Assembly: GCA_041664285.1 (NCBI GenBank)
Contig: JBAYLA010000001.1
Coordinates: 138,092-202,091, forward strand
Origin: Minisyncoccota bacterium
GTDB taxonomy: Bacteria; Patescibacteriota; Minisyncoccia; Phycocordibacterales; UBA9973
Length of the DNA stretch: 64,000 nt
Reading direction: 5' to 3'
A program made the translations under genes and the position numbers. The notes beneath the pieces were generated by a model, which saw nothing but the letters and a program-made list of their open reading frames with translations, searched no databases and was not told where the DNA came from. This document shows, one piece after another, positions 49,331-59,534 of this stretch (position 1 is its first letter; every line of letters starts with the position of its first letter).

Positions 49331-50252
49331 AAAATTAAAATTAGTTACACATAATGGATCTTTTCATGGAGATGACGTTTTTGCTTGTGCTACTCTAATT
49401 CTTTATTTAGAAAAAAACAATAAAGAATTTTCCGCCCAAGGCGGACCAGCCTCTGGCTGGGAAGTATTTCGCACCAGAGATCCTGAGATCATAGAGAATG
49501 GCGAGTATGTTTTTGATGTGGGTGGAATTTACGACGAAGAAAAGAATAGATTTGACCATCATCAAAAAGGTGGTGCTGGGAAAAGAGGGAATGGTATAGA
49601 ATATTCGTCTTTTGGTTTAGTTTGGAAAAAGTTTGGAATAGAAATTTGTGAATCTCAGAAAATTTTTGACACAGTAGATAGGAAATTAGTTTCTCCTATT
49701 GATGCTGACGATAATGGAATTGATTTATACAAAAATAATTTTGAAAACGTTTTGCCCTATACAATAAACGATGTTTTGTCTATTTTTTCTAAAACAGCCC
49801 TGGAAGACATAGATAAAGACGAGCAATTTTTTAAAGCAGTTGTTTGGGCAAAAGAAATTTTAAGCAGAGAAATAAAAAGAACCAGTGATCAAATAGAAAT
49901 TACAAAAATTATTCAGGATTTTTATAAAAATAGTCAAGACAAAAGATTGGTCGTTATAGACAAGCCGAAAGTTTCTAGACATGAAATTTATGATGCATTA
50001 CAAGATTTTCCTGAACCTCTTTTCATTGTTTACGGTGATAGCGAAGATTGGGGAGTTGTAGCTATGAGAAAAGAAATAAATAGTTTCAAAAACAGAAAAG
50101 ATTTTCCACAAAATTGGGGAGGTTTGAGAGAAGAAGAATTACAGAAAATTACTGGTGTATCGGATGCAGTTTTTTGCCATCGAGCACTTTTCCTAGCAGT
50201 AGCGAAAACTAAAGAAGGAGCTATCAAATTAGCAGAAATTGCGGTAGAATAA
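49317..50252 (+). CDS. MYG1-family exonuclease
   Basis: THNGSFHGDD, RTRD, DVGG, FDHHQ, SSFGLVW, DADDNG, FCH. Confidence 0.92.
   Translation: MTNNKKLKLVTHNGSFHGDDVFACATLILYLEKNNKEFSAQGGPASGWEVFRTRDPEIIENGEYVFDVGGIYDEEKNRFDHHQKGGAGKRGNGIEYSSFGLVWKKFGIEICESQKIFDTVDRKLVSPIDADDNGIDLYKNNFENVLPYTINDVLSIFSKTALEDIDKDEQFFKAVVWAKEILSREIKRTSDQIEITKIIQDFYKNSQDKRLVVIDKPKVSRHEIYDALQDFPEPLFIVYGDSEDWGVVAMRKEINSFKNRKDFPQNWGGLREEELQKITGVSDAVFCHRALFLAVAKTKEGAIKLAEIAVE
49431..49460 (+). repeat. Family C double-hairpin repeat (30 bp) in MYG1
   Basis: tccgcc-caa-ggcgga ccagcc-tct-ggctgg; encodes SAQGGPASGW. Confidence 0.85.
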
Positions 50253-50254
50253 CA

Positions 50255-50374
50255 ATTAGCTCATAAAATATAATTTTTCGCAGGGGTTTCGTAGGCTGTC
50301 GAGCCGAGAACTTCAAGATTTTTTAAGCTTCAAAAAATCTGTACCGGAGAAAAATTGATATTTTGTGAGCTAAT
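50255..50374 (+). repeat. Family A structured repeat, copy 4
   Basis: GGGGTTTCGTAGGCTGTCGAGCCGAGAACTTCAAGATTTTTTAAGCTTCAAAAAATCTGTACC in inverted arms. Confidence 0.92.
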
Positions 50375-50384
50375 AATTAAACCT

Positions 50385-51398
50385 ATGGCATTTATTGATG
50401 AAATGAAAATAGAAGCTTTCGCAGGACGTGGTGGAGACGGAGTCGTGCGTTGGCGTCAAGAAAAATTTGTACCAAAAGGTGGACCCTCAGGTGGGGATGG
50501 AGGCCGTGGTGGCAATTTCTATATTCTAGCTGTGCGTGATGTTCACATCCTTTCTAAATATAAAGCGAAAAAAAGTTTTTCAGCCGGACGAGGGGAAGAT
50601 GGTGGAAACAAAAGTCTTCATGGTGCAAATGGAGAAGATTTTTTTCTCGAGTTGCCAATTGGTTCTATTGTTACGAATCTGGAAACCGATGAAACTTGGC
50701 AGCTAGAAGAGGAGGGGCAGAAATTTATGATTTTGAAGGGTGGTTATGGTGGTTTTGGCAACGAACATTTTAAAAGTTCTACCAACACAACCCCTAAGGA
50801 ATCACGAGAAGGAGCGGAGGGAGAAAAAGGAAATTTCCGAATAGAGTTGGAGCTTTTTGCTGATGTTGGATTTATTGGACTTCCCAATGCAGGGAAAACT
50901 TCTTTATTAAATTCACTCACTAACGCAGAGGGACGCGTCGGGGATTATGCTTTTACTACTCTTGACCCAAATCTCGGAGATTTTTATGGATATATTATTG
51001 CTGATATTCCTGGAATTATTGAAGGAGCATCAGAAGGCAAAGGCCTCGGAGTAAAATTTTTACGACACATTAAGCGTACAAAAATGCTTGCACATTTAGT
51101 TTCTTTTGAGAATTTGTCTAAAGGTACAACTGGAATGATGAAAACTTATAAAGAAATTCGTAAAGAACTTGAAAAATATGATAAAAAATTAGGTCTAGGA
51201 AAAGATGGTCTCTCTTCAAAAGATGAAATAATAATTTTAACGAAATCTGATGTTGTAGAAGATTCGAAAATTATTACTAAAAAAATAAACGAATTTGAAA
51301 AATTAGGCAAAAGAGTTTTTGTAGTTTCGTTATTTGATGATAAAATGGTAAAGAAATTCAGAGACGAGCTAGTAAAGATTTTGAAAAAAGCTAAATAA
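50385..51398 (+). CDS. obg: GTPase Obg/CgtA
   Basis: GGPSGGDGGRGG, GLPNAGKT, YAFTTL, DIPG. Confidence 0.96.
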   Translation: MAFIDEMKIEAFAGRGGDGVVRWRQEKFVPKGGPSGGDGGRGGNFYILAVRDVHILSKYKAKKSFSAGRGEDGGNKSLHGANGEDFFLELPIGSIVTNLETDETWQLEEEGQKFMILKGGYGGFGNEHFKSSTNTTPKESREGAEGEKGNFRIELELFADVGFIGLPNAGKTSLLNSLTNAEGRVGDYAFTTLDPNLGDFYGYIIADIPGIIEGASEGKGLGVKFLRHIKRTKMLAHLVSFENLSKGTTGMMKTYKEIRKELEKYDKKLGLGKDGLSSKDEIIILTKSDVVEDSKIITKKINEFEKLGKRVFVVSLFDDKMVKKFRDELVKILKKAK

Positions 51399-51401
51399 TT
51401 T

Positions 51402-52832
51402 ATGGCAAATAAGTATTATCCAACAATTGGACTTGAAATTCACGCAGAGTTAAAAACACAAACGAAAATGTTTTGTGGTTGTAAGAATGACCCAGATGAA
51501 GAAAAGCCCAATGTAAATATTTGCCCAGTTTGCATGGCACATCCAGGAGCCTTACCGGTGTTAAATAAAAAAGCGATAGAGAATGTGATAAAAGTTGGAT
51601 TAGCAGTTAATGGAACAATTGCTGACTTTACAGAATTTGATCGTAAGAATTATTTTTACCCAGATATTCCTAAAGGATATCAGATTTCTCAATATAAATA
51701 TCCAATAGTTTCTGGTGGTAAGTTGGCCGAAATGGATATTACTCGGGTGCACTTAGAAGAAGATACTGCGAATAATAAACATGATCGTGGAGACTTCTCT
51801 TTAATTGACTTTAATCGTGCCGGAGTACCTTTAATGGAGCTTGTGACCGAACCTCATACATTTTCGAATGCAGAAGAAGCAGCCAAAAAAGCAACTAAGT
51901 TTGCCAAAGAGTTTCAGTTGATACTTTGGTATTTAGGTGTGTCTGAAGCCAATATGGAGAAAGGTGAAATGCGAGTTGAGGCCAATATTTCTATTTCTGC
52001 AGATCCGAAAATTCTTGGAACGAAAGTCGAAGTTAAAAATTTAAATTCTTTCAGGAGTGTTGAACGAGCTATTAAATATGAGATAGATAGAATGACCAAA
52101 CTTTTGGAAGAGGGTAAGGGGTCAGAAATTGTTCAAGAAACGCGAGGGTGGGATGATTCCAAACAGAAAACATTTTCTCAGAGAACAAAAGAGGGAAGTG
52201 CAGATTATCGATATTTTCCAGATCCCGATTTACCAAAGTTGAAACTCCATGAAGCTTTTGATTTAGAGAAAATGAAAAAAGAATTACCGGAATTACCAGC
52301 AGAAAAACGTGTTAGATATCAAAAAGATTTTGTAATTAAAGACGAAGACATAGAAAGCTATATCAACGACCAAGTGCTGGGTGCGTGGTTTGAAGAAATT
52401 GCAACAATTTTAAATAATAAAGAATTAGTAAAACTTGCTTCCAATTATATAACCTCAGACTATGTTGGTCTTAAAAACTCTAACCCAGAAATTAAACTGA
52501 CTAAGCCAGAAAATTTTGCTGAGCTTATTAAGATGACAAAGGATGGCTACATTTCTTCCCGTGCAACAAAAGATATAATGGGTAGAATTTTTATTCATGA
52601 TGAATCACCAAAGAAAATTGCTGAAGAAAATAACTTACTTCAAACCCATGACGAAGGAGAACTTAAAAAAATAGTAGAGAAGATAATTTCAGAAAATCCT
52701 GACGTGGTTGCAATTTATAAAGCTGGAAAAGAAAACGCTATTATGTCCCTAGTTGGTAAAATAATTAAAGAATCAAATGGTTCTGCTAATCCTCAAATTG
52801 TTATTAAATTGTTAAAAGAAATGCTAAAATAG
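51402..52832 (+). CDS. gatB: Asp/Glu-tRNA amidotransferase subunit B
   Basis: IGLEIHAEL, DRKNYFYPD, HLEED, NRAG.PLMEL, DYRYFPDPDL. Confidence 0.97.
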   Translation: MANKYYPTIGLEIHAELKTQTKMFCGCKNDPDEEKPNVNICPVCMAHPGALPVLNKKAIENVIKVGLAVNGTIADFTEFDRKNYFYPDIPKGYQISQYKYPIVSGGKLAEMDITRVHLEEDTANNKHDRGDFSLIDFNRAGVPLMELVTEPHTFSNAEEAAKKATKFAKEFQLILWYLGVSEANMEKGEMRVEANISISADPKILGTKVEVKNLNSFRSVERAIKYEIDRMTKLLEEGKGSEIVQETRGWDDSKQKTFSQRTKEGSADYRYFPDPDLPKLKLHEAFDLEKMKKELPELPAEKRVRYQKDFVIKDEDIESYINDQVLGAWFEEIATILNNKELVKLASNYITSDYVGLKNSNPEIKLTKPENFAELIKMTKDGYISSRATKDIMGRIFIHDESPKKIAEENNLLQTHDEGELKKIVEKIISENPDVVAIYKAGKENAIMSLVGKIIKESNGSANPQIVIKLLKEMLK

Positions 52833-52836
52833 GTTA

Positions 52837-53703
52837 ATGAAAACCTTAAGAGAATATATAAAAGAAGCGGAAGAAAAAGGCGTAGCCATCGGGCATTTTA
52901 ATATTTCTAATTTAGAAGGATTTCATGGTGTTTACCATTCAGCCAAGAAATTAAATGTGCCTGTTATCATTGGGCTTTCCGAAGGCGAAGAAGATTTTGT
53001 TGGAAGGAATGAAGCCATAGGAATGATTAAGGAAATTAGGGAAAAAGAAAATTTTCCAATTTTTCTAAATGCAGATCATCACTATAGTTTTGAAAGAGTG
53101 AAACTTGCTATTGATGCTGGTTTTGATTCGGTAATTTTTGATGGTGCTAATTTAAGTTTTGAAGAGAATGTAAAAATTACTAAAGAGTGTGTGGAGTATG
53201 CCCATAAAATTATAAAAGAAACAGGACGAGATATTTTAGTTGAGGCAGAGATTGGCTTTATTGGTTCTGGTTCAAATATAAAAGACACAATTCCAGAAGG
53301 TGCTGGAGTTTTAACTAAACCTGAAGAAGCAAAAAAATTCGTTGAATTAACAGGCTTAGATATGCTTGCGCCGTCTGTTGGAAGTATCCATGGTTTGATA
53401 AAAAGTGGTAAACCACACATTGATGCAGAATTGGTTGCTGAAATAAAAAAGGCAACTGGTATTCCATTGGTATTGCATGGTGGTTCAGGATTGAGAGATG
53501 TTGACTTTACTAATGCAGCAAAGGCAGGAATTTCGATTATTCATATCAGCACTGAGATCAGGTTGTCTTATGACGAAGCACTTAAAAAGTCTTTATTAGA
53601 CAATCCTAACGAAACTACACCTTATAAAATATTACAACCAGCTGTAGATGCTATAGAAAAAGTAGTAGAAAACAGATTGAAACTTTTTAACGGAATAGAA
53701 TAA
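52837..53703 (+). CDS. fba: Class II fructose-bisphosphate aldolase
   Basis: ADH, SV.FDG, VEAE.G, G..HG, LVLHGGSG. Confidence 0.9.
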   Translation: MKTLREYIKEAEEKGVAIGHFNISNLEGFHGVYHSAKKLNVPVIIGLSEGEEDFVGRNEAIGMIKEIREKENFPIFLNADHHYSFERVKLAIDAGFDSVIFDGANLSFEENVKITKECVEYAHKIIKETGRDILVEAEIGFIGSGSNIKDTIPEGAGVLTKPEEAKKFVELTGLDMLAPSVGSIHGLIKSGKPHIDAELVAEIKKATGIPLVLHGGSGLRDVDFTNAAKAGISIIHISTEIRLSYDEALKKSLLDNPNETTPYKILQPAVDAIEKVVENRLKLFNGIE

Positions 53704-55434
53704 ATGAAAGAATCTAAAACTCCTAAATTTGACGCATTGATAGATAAAATTTTAGATGAATTAATTCCTCACGTTAGAATTTGCCCAGATTGCAAAAAAG
53801 AATTTAAGATTGAAAATGATGACATTGTGTTTTATAGAATATTTCGAGTTCCTCCATCTAAGCTTTGCCCTAATTGTCGCCAGAAACGTCGATTGGCCTA
53901 CGCTAATTATTCAAGTATTTATAAACGTAAGTGTGATGTTCCTGGTCACTCAGATATTATGATTTCACCTGTGGCACCTGTGATGCCTTGGATTACTTAT
54001 GATTATGAGACATATTATTCTGATGTTTGGGACCCATTTTCTTATGGGAAAGATGTAAAACAAGGAGAATCTTTTTTTGATCAATTTTTAAATTTATTGA
54101 AAGTTATTCCTCAGCCAGGAGTGCGTCGTGGTGAAAATTCTCCCAATTCTGATTTTAGTTTTTATGGGAAAAACATGAAAGATTGCTATTATGTTTTTGG
54201 TGGACGATATTCAGAAGATGTTATGTTTTCTTCCTCAATTTATCGTTCAAAACATGTTTTAGATTCTTACTCTGTTTACGATGTTGATACTGTTTTTAAT
54301 AACATTGGCACCAATGGAAGTTATAAAACAAACTACGCATATTTTTCTTCAAATTGTATTGATTGTGATTTTATTTTTGATTGTCGAAATTGTCAGAATT
54401 GTTTCGGTTGCGTGAATTTACGCAATAAGAATTATTGTTATTTTAATGAACAATTAACTAAAGAGGAATATAAAACAAAAAGAAAAAATATAGATTTAGG
54501 TAGTATTAAAACAGCGAAAGAATATCAAGAAAAATTTTTCAACTTTCTTAAAGAAAACTCCATTCGAGCTGTCAGAATTTCTCAATCAAATAATTGCTTC
54601 GGTGAAGATATTCGTAAGTCCAATAATTGTCAGCATTGTTATCAAGTTGAAGAATCAGAAAATTTAAAATATGCATCTTTTGCGATTGTTCTTTTAAGAG
54701 ACTCTATGGACGTAGGGCATTCTGGAGGAGCAGAGAAAATATATTATTCACAAAATTGTGGTACTAAATCTTCTAATATTAAATTTTCTTTTGCTATAAA
54801 AGAATCAATAGATTGCGAGTATATTATGTCTTCAAAAAATTGCACTAATTGTTTTGGCTGTGTAGGACTTCAGAATGCTTCATATTGCATATTTAATAAA
54901 AAGTATTCCCCAGATGAATACTGGAAAATTTTAGATGAAATTAAAAGTACGATGTTAATAAGTGGAGATTACGGAGAATTTTTTCCAATGTCTTTTGCTC
55001 CTTGTGCCTATAATAGTTCCTTGGCAAATATTTTATATCCAATGACGGAAGAAGAAGCAAAGTCAAATGGAGTTTTTTGGCAACAAGATACCAATGTTGA
55101 TTTAAAAGATCTGAAAAGCATTCCTGCAAGTGATTTGCCCGACAATGTAGATGATGTTACGGAAAGTCTTTATCAGAATGCGATTATAGGGTATTTTTCA
55201 AAAAAACCATTTAAAATTATTCCTAGAGAAGTTGCATTTTATAAAAAGAATAGATTACCACTTCCGACGGATACGCCTTATCAACGTACAATTGATAGAT
55301 TTAAATTTTTAAATAATTTTCAAGTTTATCCAGAAAATTGTTTTTCTTGCAATAAAGAAATTGAATCATCTTTTAGAAAAGTTGATGGATATAAACCTCT
55401 TTGTGAACAATGTTATCAGAGAGAAATTTTATAG
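53704..55434 (+). CDS. Cys-rich CPR-type protein, paralog 3
   Basis: CPDCKKEF, CPNCR, CRNCQNCFGCVNL, CFGCVGL, LCEQCYQREIL. Confidence 0.85.
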   Translation: MKESKTPKFDALIDKILDELIPHVRICPDCKKEFKIENDDIVFYRIFRVPPSKLCPNCRQKRRLAYANYSSIYKRKCDVPGHSDIMISPVAPVMPWITYDYETYYSDVWDPFSYGKDVKQGESFFDQFLNLLKVIPQPGVRRGENSPNSDFSFYGKNMKDCYYVFGGRYSEDVMFSSSIYRSKHVLDSYSVYDVDTVFNNIGTNGSYKTNYAYFSSNCIDCDFIFDCRNCQNCFGCVNLRNKNYCYFNEQLTKEEYKTKRKNIDLGSIKTAKEYQEKFFNFLKENSIRAVRISQSNNCFGEDIRKSNNCQHCYQVEESENLKYASFAIVLLRDSMDVGHSGGAEKIYYSQNCGTKSSNIKFSFAIKESIDCEYIMSSKNCTNCFGCVGLQNASYCIFNKKYSPDEYWKILDEIKSTMLISGDYGEFFPMSFAPCAYNSSLANILYPMTEEEAKSNGVFWQQDTNVDLKDLKSIPASDLPDNVDDVTESLYQNAIIGYFSKKPFKIIPREVAFYKKNRLPLPTDTPYQRTIDRFKFLNNFQVYPENCFSCNKEIESSFRKVDGYKPLCEQCYQREIL

Positions 55435-55541
55435 TTTAAATTTGCTTTTTTGTCATTTTTATATATACCCGTACACTTATTCGAATGATATTACATCAGG
55501 TTATTTTTGACTTTTAATAAGTGTTCGGGTATACTATCCTT

Positions 55542-56219
55542 ATGTTTATAATTAAAGCTACAAAGAGAGAGGCAGGTGTTAAATTAGATAGTTTGAGAAA
55601 AGAGGGAGAAATCCCGGCTGTTTTTTATGGAGCGGGCAAAGAGACAACTTCTATTTCAGTTTCAATCGTTGATTTCAAGAAAGTCTGGCGAGAGGCAGGA
55701 GAATCTTCAGCTGTTAAAATTGAAATGTTAAATAGTAATATTGATGTGCTTATTCATGAAGTACAAGTTGACCCAATAACTAGTGAGCCAATTCATGTGG
55801 ACTTTTTAGCAATCGATATGAAAAAGAAAATTCGTGTTCACATCCCACTTGAATTTGAGGGTATCTCTGCTGCAGTTAAAAGTGGACTTGGAAATCTTGT
55901 TAAGGTTATCCATGAGCTTGAAATTGAAGCACTTCCTTCCGACTTACCTCACAATCTTGTTGTTGATCTTTCTAAACTAAACACACTCGATGATCAAATC
56001 TTTGTTTCTGATATTAAACTTCCTACTGGAGTTGCTGTTATTAACGAACCAACTGAAGTTGTAGTTTCTGTTGTTGAACAAGTGGAAGAAAAAGAAGAAG
56101 TTGCCGCCCCAGTTGATCTATCTGCTATTGAAGTTGAAAAGAAAGGCAAAAAAGACGAGGAAGGGGCTGAAGGAGTTGCACCTACAGCAGCAGAAGAGAA
56201 AAAGACGGAAAAAAAATAA
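55542..56219 (+). CDS. rplY: Ribosomal protein bL25/Ctc
   Basis: LR..G.IPAVFYG, Q.DP....HVDF, LP..L.VD. Confidence 0.93.
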   Translation: MFIIKATKREAGVKLDSLRKEGEIPAVFYGAGKETTSISVSIVDFKKVWREAGESSAVKIEMLNSNIDVLIHEVQVDPITSEPIHVDFLAIDMKKKIRVHIPLEFEGISAAVKSGLGNLVKVIHELEIEALPSDLPHNLVVDLSKLNTLDDQIFVSDIKLPTGVAVINEPTEVVVSVVEQVEEKEEVAAPVDLSAIEVEKKGKKDEEGAEGVAPTAAEEKKTEKK

Positions 56220-56250
56220 CCTTATTCTCAAATATGATATAATAAAGACT

Positions 56251-57642
56251 ATGATCAAGAAATTAGTCATAGTCTTTGTTTTTATTTTTACCGCGTTACT
56301 TTTTTTCGGTTCTTTTGCGGTTCATAAAATTATAGCGGCTGATTGTTCTGACTCAATTTATGCCAAAGCGAATGAAACTGCTTGCCTTCAGGAACAGAAA
56401 GACTTAGAGGCTCAATTTATTGAATTATCAAAACAAAAAGCCAAATTAGACAAACAAAGTAGTACTTACGCCTTAGAAGTAAAAAAACTGACAACTCAGA
56501 TTAATGCCCTAAATGCTAAAATAAAAGCTCGAGTTTTAGTTATTACTCAATTAAAAATACACATAGGAGAAAAGGTCAATACCATTAACTCACTTTCTAA
56601 GAAGATAGACCGCGAGCACTCATCACTTGCTCAACTTTTAAGAAATACAAATGAATTCGATAATAATAATTTGGTAAATTTAATTTTGTCTAACGAGAGT
56701 ATTTTTGATTTTTATAGTGATTTGGAGTCTTATAATTCTATCAAGCAGGCAATCAAAGATTCTGTTGATGTTATCAATGGAGTAAAAACTGAAACAGAAG
56801 TACAAAAAAAAGATTTAGAAATAAAACAAGATGCCGAAACTGATGCTAAGTATGAATTAGAGAGTGCTCAAAAACAAGCGGCTCAATTAAAAACAGAAAA
56901 TAGTATACTTAAAGCTGGAGTAGATAATCAAGCAGCAACCGTTAAAAAACTTGCAGATGAAAAAAAAGCTAGGGCTAATAAAATTAGAAATGCCCTAATT
57001 CAGTTTCAGGGTAGTGGTATCTCTAATAAAGAGATAAAATTTGGAGAAGCATATGATTATGCTAAAAAGGCATCATTAAAAACTGGAGTTCGAGCAGCTC
57101 TTATTTTAGCTATTATGCAACAAGAAACTAGTTTTGGTAGTAATTTTGGTGGATGTTATGTTACTAACTTGACAACAGGAGATGGTAAGGGAATTAACAC
57201 TGGTGCTTTTTATGAAAAAGTTATGGGACTTGGAAGTTTAGGTTATTTTAAACGCATCACAGAAAGTCTTGGACTTGATTGGAGCAATACACCTGTTTCA
57301 TGTCCAATTGATATTAAGGGTCGTGGTACCGCAACAAAGTATTATGACGGGCGTGGTTATGGAGGTGCTATGGGATATACACAATTTATTCCAAGTACAT
57401 GGGTATTAGTTGAAGCACGAGTTTGTTCCAATCTTTTAGTTGAGACTGCCAATCCATGGAATCCAGAACATGCTGTTATGGCAACTGCAGTACATTTACA
57501 AGATTTAGGTGCAGGAAAGCAAACATATACAGCAGAGCATAATGCTGCTTGTAAATATTATGGATCTTGTTCTAGTTATGCAAGCTCGGTAATGAAAAAA
57601 GCTACGAGCATACAGATGGATATAGATAATCTTGAAGATTAA
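56251..57642 (+). CDS. Secreted coiled-coil protein with lytic transglycosylase (SLT/MltB-like) domain
   Basis: Signal/TM, long coiled coil, LAIMQQETSFG, GAMGYTQFIPSTW. Confidence 0.85.
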   Translation: MIKKLVIVFVFIFTALLFFGSFAVHKIIAADCSDSIYAKANETACLQEQKDLEAQFIELSKQKAKLDKQSSTYALEVKKLTTQINALNAKIKARVLVITQLKIHIGEKVNTINSLSKKIDREHSSLAQLLRNTNEFDNNNLVNLILSNESIFDFYSDLESYNSIKQAIKDSVDVINGVKTETEVQKKDLEIKQDAETDAKYELESAQKQAAQLKTENSILKAGVDNQAATVKKLADEKKARANKIRNALIQFQGSGISNKEIKFGEAYDYAKKASLKTGVRAALILAIMQQETSFGSNFGGCYVTNLTTGDGKGINTGAFYEKVMGLGSLGYFKRITESLGLDWSNTPVSCPIDIKGRGTATKYYDGRGYGGAMGYTQFIPSTWVLVEARVCSNLLVETANPWNPEHAVMATAVHLQDLGAGKQTYTAEHNAACKYYGSCSSYASSVMKKATSIQMDIDNLED

Positions 57643-57695
57643 TAGAACGATTTTTGCTTGCTTTCAAGTTAAAATTATGATAATGTTTTTGAGCA

Positions 57696-57920
57696 ATGAA
57701 AAAAGATATACATCCAAAATATAATTTAAAGACTAAAGCTATCTGTGCTTGTGGAGCTGTTTTTGAAGTTGGTTCCACGATGCCAGAAATTAAAATGGAA
57801 ATTTGTAGCCAATGTCATCCTTTCTATACTGGTAATGAAAAAATAATGGATACGGCTGGACGAGTAGAAAGATTCAATAAACGTAGAGCTGCAACTCCTA
57901 AAGCTAAGGTAAAAAAATAA
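57696..57920 (+). CDS. rpmE: Ribosomal protein bL31 (Zn-binding type)
   Basis: [29 protein letters not shown]. Confidence 0.97.
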   Translation: MKKDIHPKYNLKTKAICACGAVFEVGSTMPEIKMEICSQCHPFYTGNEKIMDTAGRVERFNKRRAATPKAKVKK

Positions 57921-58033
57921 AAGATTTAAAAACCGAAATTTTTATCGGTACAGATTTTTTGAAGCTTAAAAAATCCTGAAGTTCTCGCGCCGTCGCGCTC
58001 GAAACCCCTTAAAAATTTGTTTTTAATTCTTTT
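57919..58033 (-). repeat. Family A structured repeat, copy 5
   Basis: Minus-strand core GGGGTTTCGAGCGCGACGGCGCGAGAACTTCAGGATTTTTTAAGCTTCAAAAAATCTGTACC. Confidence 0.92.
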
Positions 58034-58051
58034 AATTTTTTATTATATTTT

Positions 58052-59032
58052 ATGACTTTCGATCTAGATGAACTAAAGAAAAATCACAACACGAGCTATC
58101 TAGCTAGTGTTTTAGAGAAACTTTCTCGTGAAGAAGCTGAAGTTCGTGAAATGCTTGCTTCGGATGAGACGCTTCACGAGATGGCTGCTAAAGAACTACA
58201 ATTTATTCAAGAAGAGAGGGAACGGATAGAAAAACAAATTCAGGATATTTTAGATAAAGATAAAGAAGCAGAAGAGTTTCCAAACGAAGTAATATTAGAA
58301 GTACGAGCAGGAGCTGGTGGCGACGAGGCTTCTCTTTTTGCCTGGGAGCTGGCGCATATGTATGAAAAGTTTGCAGAGTCACAGGGTTGGGCTTGGAAAG
58401 TAAATTATGAATCAAAGAGTGATCTAAATGGGTACAAAGAAGCTTCTTTTGAAATAAAAGGGAGGAACCCAAATAATAATGTTTATAAAAAAATGCGTTA
58501 TGAACAGGGAGTACATAGAGTGCAAAGAATTCCTGCAACTGAAAAAAATGGCCGAGTGCATACTTCCACTGCTTCAGTGGCGGTATTACCAATTAAAAAG
58601 AAAATAACTTTTCAAATAAATCCAGCTGATTTTGAAATGGAATATTCACGTTCTGGTGGAAAGGGTGGGCAAAATGTAAATAAAGTAGAGACCGCTGTTC
58701 GAATTATCCATATTCCAACAGGACTGGATGTTCGTTCCACCAATGAAAGAAGCCAGCTAGCGAATCGTGAACAAGCGATGATGATTTTAACAGCGAAACT
58801 TCAGCAATTAGAAGAAGAAAAAGAAGCCAAGAAATACTCTGGCCAGAGAAAGGAACAAATAGGGTCTGGGGATCGTTCTGAAAAAATCCGCACTTATAAC
58901 TTTTCTCAAGATCGCGTCACAGATCATCGAATAAAGAAGTCGTGGCACAATTTACCAAAAATTCTAGAAGGAGAGATAGGGGACATAATTCAAGCACTTG
59001 ATTCTGGAGTGGTGGGGAACGAAGAAGAGTAA
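58052..59032 (+). CDS. prfA: Peptide chain release factor 1
   Basis: RAGAGGDEA, HRVQRIPAT (PxT motif), GGQNVNK, RTYN. Confidence 0.95.
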   Translation: MTFDLDELKKNHNTSYLASVLEKLSREEAEVREMLASDETLHEMAAKELQFIQEERERIEKQIQDILDKDKEAEEFPNEVILEVRAGAGGDEASLFAWELAHMYEKFAESQGWAWKVNYESKSDLNGYKEASFEIKGRNPNNNVYKKMRYEQGVHRVQRIPATEKNGRVHTSTASVAVLPIKKKITFQINPADFEMEYSRSGGKGGQNVNKVETAVRIIHIPTGLDVRSTNERSQLANREQAMMILTAKLQQLEEEKEAKKYSGQRKEQIGSGDRSEKIRTYNFSQDRVTDHRIKKSWHNLPKILEGEIGDIIQALDSGVVGNEEE

Positions 59033-59050
59033 TTATGCTATAATCAATTT

Positions 59051-59380
59051 ATGAAAGAAGGAAAACGAAGTACTTATGAGCTTAAAGAACACGAGTATTC
59101 ATTTGAAGAATTTAATAAACAATTCAATAATTTTCACCTTATTTTTGCAGTAGACAATAAAGAATATATGTCTAGTGTTAAAGGGGTTCTTCTTTCAGGA
59201 GAATATTCTAAAAAATTTGAAGAGATTAAAGAAAAATTTAATAAAAGAATAAAAGATGAAAAGAAAAGGAAAACCCCCAGTGATATTAAACAAGAACATA
59301 TTTCTGATCTGTATGAAATATATAAAGATTTGAGGAAGAAAGGTTTTTCTAATAAACAACTAGGACTTAAATATTGGTAA
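59051..59380 (+). CDS. Hypothetical protein
   Basis: 109-aa ORF directly after TGCTATAAT. Confidence 0.65.
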   Translation: MKEGKRSTYELKEHEYSFEEFNKQFNNFHLIFAVDNKEYMSSVKGVLLSGEYSKKFEEIKEKFNKRIKDEKKRKTPSDIKQEHISDLYEIYKDLRKKGFSNKQLGLKYW

Positions 59381-59534
59381 ATAATTTTTTGAAATTGCAT
59401 TTCGTTTTAGATATGTTATGCTTGTTTGGTAGTATTCTCATTTAGCGAAATAGAGTTTCTACGCTTGATCTTTTTAAGGTCAGGTTTATAAGTAGTTTTT
59501 TGTCCTTTTTAGGAAAAAAGGAAGAAATAATAGT

